The notes: generated from the sequence alone by a model not told the origin. DNA of 63,639 bases, filler included, from Octopus bimaculoides (GCF_001194135.2; 8 parts of 7 records of this genome joined end to end with filler, not necessarily neighbours in it), one strand, 5' to 3'; positions 51,388-63,178 are shown, numbered from the whole stretch's first letter. Made by a program: numbers and translations.

Positions 51388-52890
51388 GATTTTTTATTGC
51401 CTATAAAAGGCTACACGTAGAAGCATAAAGACAATACATACGTAACAAACATAAACTCGGGGAACTAAAAATTACAAAAATGAGATGAAATAATAAGAAA
51501 AAATAAAAGAAACGAATGATAATATGAAAGAATGAAAATGAGGTGCAAAAAAAATAATATTCGACCCCCGAATATTATTTTTTTTTCCCCAGTTTTTCCT
51601 TTTTTCAAATTAAAATTCCTTTTACTTTGGTAATTCCATTCTTTTCAACACATCGTATTCAACTACCGAAGGAGTAATCTCATACAACCAAAACCATTGT
51701 ACCATTTTTATATTTCCACTAAATCCATCCATGAATCTCTCATACTTTTCTTTAGGTATCATAATACCTCTCTCATCTGCTTCAAAACTGTTTCCTGGCA
51801 GCTTCACTCTCCCCAGTCCCTTCCATTTCGCAACTTTTCTTTCCGCATCCACACTCTTCGCATACGCTACCAAGGGACCCTTATATTTGCATAGTTCTTT
51901 TCCTCTCTCTCAATGCATATTTTTGGCTTCAAGACTTTCCTTACCTTTCTTGCGTTCAACTGAATGCTCTCTTGTCTTAGATTTCTTCCTTCTTTTGGGG
52001 CTGACAAACCCATCACTCTCTTCCTTTGTTTCTTTCACCTCACTCTTTTTCTTCTCTTTAACTTCCTGGGTACAATTCTCCTCAATTTTATCTTTCTTTC
52101 TTTGTAATCTCTCCTCCGTCTGCTCGTTCCCATGCTCCTTCTCCACCACCTTTTCGTTATGCGAGAATTCAAATAAGGGGCACTGGGTATTCATGTGTCC
52201 CCTCACCCCGCATATATGGCAATTCGGTCTCCGTCCCTCCACCACCACATTCAACGTTTTCTCTTCCTCAACCCCAATCTGGTAGGGGATCCGCTCTATA
52301 TCTTCAAATGTGGAAAAAAGCCACATTTCAACAACTCCAAATCCCCAACAGTTCAACTTTTTCGTCTCTCCAACAGGTCCAAGCTCAGGGTCGTCCTCGG
52401 TGGCAGCCAGAACAGCTGCAACCAACCACTCGGTTTTAATCTCTGGTGGTACCCTTGGTATCCTAATTCGGATACTGCGGCTTCCCCAGTAAGTGGGTAA
52501 TAGCACCACATTCTCTGTCCTCAGAATGGTAGTGGAATGTAAGGCCGCCTCTTCGTTTGTGGCAAACCTCACCTCCACCGTACTGAATCTTCTTCCTCTG
52601 CCAATGTACGTTGTCTTCTTTACAATCTCATCTAAACATTCTTCTATTTCTTCTTCCGTCACTCTCTCTATCTTGTTGGTGACGACCGCTTGTATTCTGT
52701 ACACCACTGTTTTCCAACTTTTATCATTTGTAGTCTCTGTCGGAGGGATCAACTAAATAGTATCTCCCTCTTTTCTTATTAACTGCTCACTCCTCAATAT
52801 TTCTTCCATATTGACACTAATCTGCTTTGCTTCCAATAGTGTGGCTGTTCTCGCCGCAGCGGTTTTTGCGTAGCTCTCCATACCAGAGGG
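51388..52890 (-). mobile_element. ORF1-only (RT-less) Tx1/L1-like retroelement
   Basis: ATG at 52881 (MESYAKTAAA...), one in-frame TAG at 52755-52753, then the 51910-52752 frame with zinc knuckle CHICGVRGHMNTQC. One frameshift leads into ...VEYDVLKRMELPK* (51622). About 230 bp of AT-rich UTR and hairpin+AATAAA follow. No APE or RT between ORF1 and the tail. Confidence 0.8.
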
Positions 52891-52954
52891 ACTACGTTTC
52901 TCTATTCACCCAAAATGGGGAAAATAAAAGAACAGCAAAATTCAACAACAGCAG

Positions 52955-53320
52955 GAAGTGGCACCTCCAACGTACCATACCTTCGTCCTCCATTGTAAAA
53001 CGCCACTACATCCTTTATGTCTCTCAGACACTCTTCCACCTCTTCGACACTTGCAACTTCAATCCCTCTGGCTGTTATGTTCAGCGCTCGGCATGTTACC
53101 ACTTTCCTCCCCGTGCTCTTCGCTATTTTCCTCGGTGGTGCTAGCCTCGGGCAATCCCCCTCCCTCCTCAGTAGGTTGTCAAACTACTCAAAATCTCTGT
53201 CTTCCACCTCCAGCTCCCGCATTCGCAGATGCTCGGCCGACAGGCTGCTGCCTGTCACCGCAGAACAGCTGCTTGTCTGGGACCGCACACCTCCATTATT
53301 CGCTACATCACCCATAAATG
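52955..53320 (-). mobile_element. 5' fragment of a diverged paralogous ORF1
   Basis: LLRREGDCPRLAPP...KVVTCRALNITARGIEVASVEEVEECLRDIKDVVAFYNGGRRYGTLEV aligns with LIRKEGDTI*LIPP...KTVVYRIQAVVTNKIERVTEEEIEECLDEIVKKTTYIGRGRRFSTVEV of the adjacent element. Confidence 0.7.
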
Positions 53321-53463
53321 GGGAAGCTAAACAAATTTTTGAACAATTCAAAAATTATCAATTCAACACAATATTTAACAATTCAGTAAATTAACAACAG
53401 TAATCCAATAAACAAAACAATATCTCACATATGAGCGATATCATAATACGACAACCAGTCAAG

Positions 53464-53830
53464 TGACAATTAGCAGTTGTCGATGTGAAGTGCTTTCCCG
53501 ATGCAAATACTGCTGACATTCCTTTTTGCCAATCAGTCCCTTTCCGATGCTGATACACATATCCTTTTTCCAGTGACGAAAAGTCACTGATCTCGAAAAA
53601 GTGTAAACAAGCAATATTAAATCTCTGAGCGCGGTATACAGAGTAGCTGCACGACATCGTGAAATATATTTGCCACTTCAATGTGGCTAAGCCTTAAGGG
53701 TGGGCGCTACTGTGGCTAACTCTTAAGGGTGGATGCTACTTTTTCGAGATCAGTGATTATTCGTAACTGGAAAAAGGATATATGTATTTGCATCGTGAAA
53801 GCACTTCACATCGACAACCGGTGATTGTCA
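53464..53830. mobile_element. Fold-back MITE with ~90-bp TIRs
   Basis: TGACAAT..GTTGTCGATGTGAAGTGCTTTC.CGATGCAAATAC[insert]ATATCCTTTTTCCAGT.ACGAA..TCACTGATCTCGAAAAAGT pairs with 53737-53830. Confidence 0.75.
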
Positions 53831-54081
53831 TACGGTGATGACGGATCAATACCCAGAGACCCGGTTCCGTGTGTATCACGTCAGATTGTAGATGGGAAGG
53901 ATGACTTCCCTTTGCAAATACAGATAGGGCACAGAGAGTGTGTCAATAGCCATCTGGAGGAGGTGTCTTCCTGGGGCTACAAGCTACAGTAGCATCCACC
54001 CTTAAGGGATAACCACATTTAAGTGGAAAATATGCTTCACGATGTCGTGCGGCTGCTGTGTATACCTCGCTCATATATATA

Positions 54082-54112
<31 letters not shown>

Positions 54113-54639
54113 GTGTGTATATATATGTGTGTATATATATATATATATATGTGTGTATATATATATATATATNNNNNNNNNNNNNNNNNNNNNNNNNNNN
54201 NNNNNNNNNNNNNNNNNNNNNNNNNNNNNNNNNNNNNNNNNNNNNNNNNNNNNNNNNNNNNNNNNNNNNNNNNNNNNNNNNNNNNNNNNNNNNNNNNNNN
54301 NNNNNNNNNNNNNNNNNNNNNNNNNNNNNNNTATATATATGTGTATGTACGTATGTATGTGTGTACGTGTTTATGTGTGAGGGTTTGTGTCAGTACCCTC
54401 TACCACTTGACAATTGGTGTTGCTTTGTTTACGTCCCCGCAACGTACGCTTCGGCAAAAGAGACCATGATAATAAATATCAGGCTTTAAAAAATGTATAC
54501 AATGCAGTCGATTTATTCGACTAAAATCCTCTAAGTCGGTGCCCCAACATGGCCGCATCCGTGGATGCATGGAATTTGTTGTCATCAGCTTAAGTTTTTT
54601 CTAGGGAAACTTTTCTCACATTAATCAAATCTATTTCAG

Positions 54640-54752
54640 AGTATTTTAAGAGACTAATGAAATGCCTTGAAGAATTTCGAGAACGTGGCATACTTTGCTT
54701 ATGGTCAGGTATCCAGCCTGCTGTTTTGATTTTCAAAGATGAATATGTACAG
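54640..54752 (+). CDS. CYP4V-like: CYP4V-like coding exon 2 (113 bp)
   Basis: Acceptor CTATTTCAG, (E)YFKRLMKCLEEFRERGILCLWSGIQPAVLIFKDEYVQ, donor CAG/GTAAGG. Confidence 0.9.
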
Positions 54753-55439
54753 GTAAGGGATTTAAAAATAATTTATGCGGTTATTATTGGAGAAAATTGA
54801 CTCTTCATGTATACATGAATGCACTGAGTGGGTCATTAATTTACTAACATACCGGAGAAATGTTCTAACATACAAGAATTAATTCTTGCTATATCTGCAG
54901 AAGTAACAGCAGCAATACGTTTGATTAGATGGGGGTATGTTTTGTAGAGTTTTGCCTTTTAGCTGTATAACTTACTTTGTTACGCCTCTGCTTAACTAAG
55001 CAATAGTGAAGTCAATGAGGGTGTGTTGTATGTTGTAGTCAAGACGTAGCTGCCAAGACTTTCTGTAATTAAGCCCTACTGTCTTAAAAGGAGTATACAC
55101 CGGATAAGAAATTCCTGATGTACGATACAGACAATATGATCTTTTTGTTGTGTTCGAAACAGAGGAGAGAGACACCGCTGATATAGTAATCACCGTAACG
55201 ACCCTATAATGAGGGTGGAACTTGGGAACAATTAGAAAGTTTGAGATTCGACATAACCGAAGTGCAAATTGACATAATCGGCTTTTATTCTCAAACCCAC
55301 ATCTGTTCTAGAGATCTGAATGTAAAAGTCGTTCGCATGCAATAAATTTAGAATGAGGACATATTCAGTTGAACAGAAACGAGTGGAGGAACTAGGTTGC
55401 AGTGAAGTGCAGTGTTTGAGATAGTATATTAGAGCATGA

Positions 55440-56200
55440 AGGCCATCAATGTGAGGGATTTCTACATGTTGTGGATAGACTACTGTTTGTCTCAGTTCAT
55501 GCAACCATTCAGCGTCCTTCTCGTGCTCCTTGTCTTTGCTCCAGATATCACTCCAAAACCTTTGGCTCTCAACCTTATCCAGTATCAACTTTTCATCTGT
55601 ACACTCTCCATTTATTTCCTTGTAGAATTTCTTCTAATCTACTCTGAATAACCTATTCTGGTGGTAACCCTTCATTCTTTGGTCGTATCTTACCATCTTT
55701 GCTTTCTTTGCTACGTGGCGCTGTTTCAGTTCTTCCATTACCACTTTCAGGCCCTTTCTTTCAATATCATACATCCTGTTCAATACCCTGTTTTTTTGTT
55801 CGCCTTTTAGCTCCGCCTTCTCTTTTCGGTCTAACACAGAAATGTCCCTCGAGAGCATATCTAACCGCGCCTGTATTCTTCTTTTCCATCATTGATCTTT
55901 TCTTTTGTCACTCACATTATATTGTTTTGTTTTGACATCAACACCCACATTTTCTGCTACAACAATACTTGCTGCCTTGATCAAATTCTTTGTTTCTGTG
56001 ATGTTTTTTGTTCTGATGTATTTCAGAATTTCATTGACATTTTTCGTTTCTTGGTTCAATTTCCACTGATCAACCTTTTTAAGTTTGCAAACAATGTCGC
56101 TATCGTTCTCCTGTAGCTTTGTCGTAGATTGCCTTTTGTCCATCTGTCATGTCACCATTTAATTTTATTGTATTTTTCCGACCATCTATACGTCTCTTAT
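55440..56200 (-). mobile_element. Decayed R4/Dong-like LINE, region N-terminal to RT
   Basis: NEILKYIRTKNITETKNLIKAASIVVAENVG, EELKQRHVAKKAKMVRYDQR..YHQNRLF and FWSDIWSK..H..DAEWL. 5' junction is at (AAC/AAT)n ~56200. Confidence 0.85.
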
Positions 56201-56576
56201 TATTGTTGTTGTTGTTGTTGTTATTATCACCTTCTTTGCAACAATAGTTGCTGCAAAGCCAATAGTCTGTCTTCCTTTTACTGCTACACTTCCTCTCAAT
56301 TCCTTAAACCTTTCTTATCCTTCAGCTTCCGTCTTTTCTCATCTTTTCTTTTCATCTCACTCTCGACTTTGCCTTCTTCTACTCATTTTATTACTCTTTC
56401 TATCCTCCTACTTACACTGATTCTCCTACCACTTCTCGTTCACGTATGAAGTTCACGTAGTCCTGCGTTTCTTATCAGTCGCTGCCACTTTGTTTTAACT
56501 TAGAGGATGTAGAACTCTGTAGTCTCTCATTAATTTCTATCCTTTCAACATTTTCCTTGAAGAAATGTTAGATTCT

Positions 56577-56805
56577 GTGAGCTGGCAGAAACGTTAGCAC
56601 GCCGGGCGAAATGCTTAGCGGTATTTCGTCTGCCGTTACGTTAAGAGTTCAAATTCCGCCGAGGTCGACTTTGCCTTTCATCCTTTTGAGGTCGATAAAT
56701 TAAGTACCAGTTACGCACTGGGGTCGATGTAATCGACTTAACCCCTTTGTCTGTCCTTGTTTGTCCCCTCTATGTTTAGCCCCTTGTGGGCAATAAAGAA
56801 ATAAG
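56577..56805 (+). mobile_element. SINE family B, young full-length copy with Tx1-type 3' tail
   Basis: GAGCTGGCAGAAACGTTAGCACGCCGGGCG head. Tail TTTGTCCCCTCTATGTTTAGCCCCTTGTGGGCAATAAAGAAAT resembles the LINE tail at 43451-43497. Confidence 0.9.
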
Positions 56806-56916
56806 AAATGTTGGATTTTTCGCTCATCACAGCAAGTACACGGTACTATTTTTATCGATTTTACTACATAGCAAAAGTCATGCCAACACAATATTGGAGT
56901 CTGTTTAATCACACAT

Positions 56917-56949
<33 letters not shown>

Positions 56950-57199
56950 CGCACGTATATATAAGCATGTACACTCACATATGTATATGTATACACACAT
57001 ACATGCACACATACATAAAGTCTTCTTGTAATGTAGAGTCACACGGAATTAGTACACTAGTGGCAACGGTAGAGAACAATTGCATAATGAGAGGCGCAAA
57101 TGAATTGGACCAGAACCGTGTTGCTGCAAAGTGAACATCCAAACGTTACAGCAATGATTGTATTAAACTTATATCAGTATTGATACTGCTAGTAGAGAC

Positions 57200-57410
57200 A
57201 GCGAGTTGGCAGAATCGTTATTGCGCCGGGCGAAATGCTTATTAGTATTTCGTCTGTCTTTGCGTTCTGAATCCAAATTTCGCGCAGATCGACTTTGCTT
57301 TTCATCCTTTCAGGGTCGATAAATTAAGAACCAGTTGCGTTTTGTGGTCGAGTTAATCGACTGACTCTCTCCCGCAAAATTTCGGGCATTGTGCCTAGAA
57401 TAAAAATGAT
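57200..57410 (+). mobile_element. SINE family B copy
   Basis: GAGTTGGCAGAATCGTTA..GCCGGGCGAAATGCTT...GGTCGATAAATTAAG...CGGGCATTGTGCCTAG. Confidence 0.8.
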
Positions 57411-57532
57411 TATTTATTTTGCTACTAAATTATATAAGCTGATTTCTGCAATAAATATTCTAGTTGATACTTTCAAAACATTCTTGCTTCTATTTTTATT
57501 GATTTAATTTACATTAATTTCTTTTCATTCAG

Positions 57533-57618
57533 AGTGTAATTGGCAACACGAAACACATGGAAAAAAATTTTTTGTATACATTTTTACACCCGTGGTTAGG
57601 AAATGGTTTGCTAACTAG
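57533..57618 (+). CDS. CYP4V-like: CYP4V-like coding exon 3 (86 bp)
   Basis: Acceptor TTTTCATTCAG, SVIGNTKHMEKNFLYTFLHPWLGNGLLT(S) with the CYP4 FL.PWLG.GLLTS motif, phase-2 donor AG/GTATGT. Confidence 0.92.
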
Positions 57619-57647
57619 GTATGTATTTGACAATTTATTTGAAAATA

Positions 57648-58124
57648 CGAGGTGGTTCAATTGGCTTATTCCTGCTTCTGAAAGAATAGAGCATGCGGGG
57701 GATCTATTGTGCAGACAACGTTCGCATGTGCAAATGGTCGTGAATGATTTTTGCCACGGACCCTACACGTATCTTTACCTCTTTGGGCTAGTTGCCGAAT
57801 AGTTATGAGGGGATACTCTAAAATGGCGGCTTCCACTTTATGGATGGTGTCGTCATGAATGATGGAATGTGGTAGTTCAGAAATAGAAGCAATTTCCACG
57901 GATGTCCACCACATGTGAGCTGGTCGGGCCAATGCTTGACTACGTCGTATGAGCGTACATCGTCACCATAAACCTCTTTCATCTTATCAAATGTTTCTTT
58001 TGGTGTACGACCTTTCAAGTATAAGAAACTGGTCACTGATCTGCATTCAACAGCTACTATTATAACACTTTAGTTCACTTCAGCAACCTTAAATAACAAA
58101 CGAATACTAGTGGAAAGCTGCAAT
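57648..58124 (-). mobile_element. Decayed mariner relic in CYP intron 3
   Basis: SFLYLKGRTPKETFDKMKEVYGDDVRSYDVVKHW is a mariner N-terminal HTH. TACGAGG TIR-like end about 27 bp after the exon-3 donor. Confidence 0.75.
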
Positions 58125-58224
58125 NNNNNNNNNNNNNNNNNNNNNNNNNNNNNNNNNNNNNNNNNNNNTTAATTAATTAANNNNNNNNNNNNNNNNNNNN
58201 NNNNNNNNNNNNNNNNNNNNNNNN

Positions 58225-60290
58225 AACACCGATGTCCATGAGGTTACATTGTGGAAGGACCGGAAGAGGAAGTGGTGGAGGAAAAGTTCTTTTTAAGACA
58301 GGAGAGTGAAAAAGGGAGGTGAATATGTGTGCGTGCGCGAGGGTCTGCAAGTGTGTGTAATAACAGAACGTGTGTGTGCGTATGTATGTGTGTGTGTGCA
58401 CGTGGTTTGGTTGTTTATCTGTTAGTGTGTATGTGTGTGTTTGTGTGTGTGTGTGTGTGACGTAGTGGAAGGAATTAGTAGCAGGAATAGTTAGGGAGTG
58501 CTTGTGGACAATGGTCAGTGGAAGGTAAGCAGGCAGTATTTGAGTATGTGTGTGAGTGTGGGTGTGATTGCCTAGCAGTGTGTGCCTGTATTTTTTGTGT
58601 ACGTGTGTGTATGTGTATATATATGTGTGTGTACGTGTGTGTGTATATATGCATGCGGTTTTGCTTTGTGGATCGCACGTGGGTTATTTCGTGTGTGTGT
58701 GTGTGTGCGTGTATATGCGTAGTATGTGTTCGTGTATGTGTCACTGTTTGTTGTGTGTGTATGTGAGTTATGTGTGGGTTCATTTGTGTGTGTGTACATA
58801 TGTGTGCACCTGGGTGTGTGTATGTGTGAGTGTGTGTGTAGGAGTTGTATGTAGGTTCATTTGCATGTTTGTGTGAGTGAGTTCGTTTCTACATGTGTGT
58901 GTATGTGCCTTGTATGTGTGCGTGTGTATGTGCCTTGTATGTGTGCATGTGTATGTGTGTGTGATGTGTGTGCGTGTGTGTATGTATGTATACTTGGGTG
59001 TGTGTGTGAGTGCGTGTTGTGTATGTGTAGGAGTTATGTGCGGGTTCATTTGTGTGTGTATATGTGGGTTCGTTTGTGCCGGTGTGTGTGTGTGTCTTCT
59101 GTGTGTGCATGTGTGGAGGGGGTGCGTGTGTATAGGTGTATGTGGATGTGCGTGCGTGTTTGTGTGGGGTTGTAGGTGTTGGGTACGTGTGCGTGTGTGT
59201 GTGTGTGTGTATTTTGTGCGTACGCGTGTGTGTATGTTTTTGTGCGTGCGTGTGTTTGTATGTATGTGTATGTTGTGTATATGTGCGTTGCTGTGTACGT
59301 GTGTGTGCGTGAGTTTGCTTCTGTACGTGCGTGCATGTGCGTGTGTTGTTTATGCCCATGTGTGTGTGATTGTATGCATGTCTGTGTGAGTGTGTTGTGT
59401 TGGTGAGAGGTGTGTGTGTGAGTATGTGTGCGTGTGTGTATGTCCATATGTATATGTGAGTGTGCGTGTGTATGTGTATGTGGGTGTGTGTGTATGTATG
59501 GATGTGCGTGTGTGGGATTGTGATGTGTGTGGGATTGTGAGTGTTAGGTACATGTGCGTGTGTGTGTATGCGCATGTGTGTCTATGTGTGTCTGTATGTG
59601 TGTGCCTGTGTGTATGTGTATATTGTGTATGTTTTCGTGCGTGCGCGTGTGTGTGTATGTGTGTGTGCATGTGTTTGCTTACGTACGTGCGTGCATATGC
59701 GTGTCATTTATGCCCCTTGTGTGTGTAGTTGTATGCGTGTTTGTGTGTGTTGTGTATGTGAGTATGTGTGTGTTTGTGTATGTGAGAGGTGTGTGTGCGT
59801 GTGTGCATGTGTGTACATGTGTGTGTGTGTATGTGTGTGTTTATGTGTGTGTGCGTGCGTATGTGTGTGTGAGAGCGTAAAGATGTGTGCCAGGTATGTG
59901 TGTTTTATTGTGTGTGTGCACTCCTGTGTGTGTGTGTGTATATATGTATGTGGCTGTGTATGTAGGCGTGCGCGTATATATGGGTGTGTGTGTGTGTGTG
60001 TGTAGGGCTGTGTAAGTAGGTGTGTGTCTCTATCACTGTGTGTGTATATATGTGCGTTCGTCTATATGTGTGTGTGAGGGCGCGCATGTATGTTTGTCAT
60101 GCGTGTTTGTCAGGTGTGTGGGCGGTGTATATGTAAGGTGTGTGGGAGGTGTATGTATTAGGTATATGGGAGGTATATGTGAATGGGGGTTATGTGTGAA
60201 TGGGGGTTATGTTTGAATGGGGGTATATATGGGTTATGTGTGCAAGGGTGTGTATGTTTGCGTGTGTGTGTATGCGCAAGTGTGCATGTG
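58225..60290. repeat. ~2-kb cryptic (TG)/(TA)/(CG) low-complexity tract with higher-order repeats
   Basis: Direct observation. Blocks at ~59176 and ~59541 repeat with a ~365-bp offset. Confidence 0.85.
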
Positions 60291-60299
60291 TATGTGAGT

Positions 60300-60470
60300 T
60301 TGTATAAGTGTGTGGGTGAATCTGAGATGTTAGAGGGGGAGTGGTTGGCCAAGTGGAAGTGACGGTCGACAGGGGAGTCCGAACCTAACCTAACGTCCCT
60401 TAGGTGCTCGGTGAAACGGTCGGCCCGTCGGCGGCCCGTCTGACCCACGTATAGTTTGTTGCGTCCTCAT
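60300..60470 (-). mobile_element. Penelope-like element GIY-YIG endonuclease fragment
   Basis: KLYVGQTGRRRADRFTEHLRDVRLGSDSPVDRHFHLANHS matches the YIGQT.R.L..R..EH...V..HF pattern of Penelope-like elements (PLEs). Confidence 0.8.
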
Positions 60471-60498
60471 CTGCTGTTGTTTTTTACATAAATTCTCC

Positions 60499-60534
<36 letters not shown>

Positions 60535-61589
60535 NNNNNNNNNNNNNNNNNNNNNNNNNNNNNNNNNNNNNNNNNNNNTTAATTAATTAANNNNNNNNNN
60601 NNNNNNNNNNNNNNNNNNNNNNNNNNNNNNNNNNGTAGAAAGGATTATTTTAGTTTAATTGTTGAAGCTTAGCACCTTTTTTTTTAGTTTAATTCTGTGG
60701 CGTATATTTCATTAAATAATTGTTTTATATATAAGCGCAAGCATTGCTATGTGATAATAAGGTTGCTTCCAAACTACATGGTTCCGTGTCCAGTGCAAGA
60801 ACTGTTTAATATTTGCAATTTTAATAACGGAGTCTGCTTGGTAATGTGGTATATATGAGGTCAGAACAACTTGAATCTTCTGTTTACAAACACCAAATTT
60901 AGTGAAAAGGAATATATTTTACAAAAAAGAAACCAAAAAAAGGGAAGAAGAACAATACATCAATTCCACACCAAGTGCCTCAATCAGTCGCACACCATCG
61001 GATCCCACTGAAGCAAACCAACTCGCTTGTAGCATTACTGCGGCCAAATGGTGAGGCTAAGGCTAAGGTGGCCCAACCCACCTCCAAATGCCTCAAACGC
61101 CACCGGCAGGAAAAGATAGTTCACCGTCAGGTCCTGATAGTTCAGGCTTTTGTTCCGTTTGACAACGGAAGCTGAGGGGAATATTAATTTGAGCCAGGAC
61201 CCACTTAATGATTAAGTGTAGTTCCCTGTAACGAAGGAAACGACCAACATTTAGGTGGCAAGAGAGACCATGAGGGCTGGTGGAGTCAAGGGGCCAGCCA
61301 CAGGCTATATCTTGATTTAAAATAAACTGTGTTATATTGATATATAGGGTGCCCTTTTTAAGGGCTTAGGGTAACTTTTAACAAGAAATAAGGGTTTAGT
61401 GAAGAATAAATTAGAATGAGGGGAACACTTATTTCTTTTAGGTTTGTATGTTACCAATATTATTTGAAAGAAGAATTCCTTAATTGAATGAAAAAATACA
61501 GTATTTTATTTTCTGTCGTGAATAAATTCCCAGAATATGTGAAAGGAATTGAAATCAAGAACAACAAATAATATATAACCATGTACTCA

Positions 61590-61869
<280 letters not shown>

Positions 61870-62840
61870 CATTATTATTATGATTATCGAGTGAGAGAGC
61901 AGTGCATGCCATCAAAGTGACACTGGGGTAAAATATACAAAGCACATTATACCCATCATGACTACCCGTCTGATAAGGGTACACCAGGCACATGCATCAC
62001 AACCATATGTGCGTGACATAGTGGTCTCATATCAAGATAAACAGCGCATGACCTCGCAGGTAGGGNNNNNNNNNNNNNNNNNNNNNNNNNNNNNNNNNNN
62101 NNNNNNNNNTTAATTAATTAANNNNNNNNNNNNNNNNNNNNNNNNNNNNNNNNNNNNNNNNNNNNTTATCCTTTGGTGTGTGGCGGGTGGGTCGATGAAA
62201 TAATTACCAATCAAGTACTGGTGGGGGGCGGGGGGTTGATGTAATTAACTAGTGCTCTCTCTCGTACGGATTGCTGTTATCAGTGATTTAGCTCCAGTTC
62301 GTTCTTATTCCTGCTTGAATTTAGGAACAAAAATTGTGACTAAAGTTTGGTGGAAGATTTGAATTCAGAACTTATGAAAACAAGACATTTGTACTACAGA
62401 ACCAAAAGCAGTTTCAACCAGGTTGGTAGCAAAAGGATTAGAAATATCATGGTGACTTTAACCCTTTTGTTACCATATTTCTGTTGAGATGCTCTGTGTT
62501 TCTTTCAATTCGTTTTAAATATAACAAAGAATTTAGTAAAATAACTTCGTTATTAGCCAGTGTTAGGAACATAAATTGCAACTAAAGTTTGGTGGAATAT
62601 TTGAATTCAGAACTTTTGAAAACAAGACATTTGTACTACAGAACCAGAGGCACTTTCAGCTGGGTCGGTATCGAAAAAGGCTAATGCAAAATTTCCCGTT
62701 GGCTCTTCATCTCCATGAGAAAATCGCAAACTACAGCATAGACGTGATCACCAAGACACAAGTTTCACAACTTTGCAAAGTAAACACAGAAATGTCACTC
62801 GGCACACTGCCTCTGAAGGTCACCGCTAGCCGTTACTACG

Positions 62841-63178
62841 CATGCAACAATGTTCTGCCCTCTGTTAGTGCACTAAGAACTTGTCCAGGAACTTTCGATA
62901 CCACTTCATATTCACCTTGCTTGGAAACAAGTGAGGGTTGGCCCCCCCACCCAGGAAAGGCATACAGCTTCAACAAATTCCGTCTGACCCATGCAAGCTT
63001 TGAAGAACTATGCATGCAACAGATGTTCTGCCCTCTGTTAGTGCACTACAGAACTAGTACAGGAACTTTCGATACCACTTCATATTCACCTTGCTTGGAA
63101 ACAGGTGAGGGTTGGCCCCCCCCAGGAAAGGCATACAGCTTCAACAAATTCCGTCTGACCCATGCATGCTTTGAAGAA
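62841..63178 (+). repeat. ~172-bp tandem duplication
   Basis: 62841-63012 and 63013-63178 are near-identical (GTTCTGCCCTCTGTTAGTGCACTA...CAGGAAAGGCATACAGCTTCAACAAATTCCGTCTGACCCATGC). Confidence 0.9.

Noticed and set aside
56230-56570. Purine-rich minus-strand segment possibly from a LINE
   Set aside because: Only a faint KLMRDYRVLHP resemblance, with many stops. It cannot be assigned by eye.
58475-60216. Many 100-230 aa Cys/Val- or His/Thr-rich ORFs
   Set aside because: Translations of the TG/CA low-complexity tract, open in several frames on both strands.
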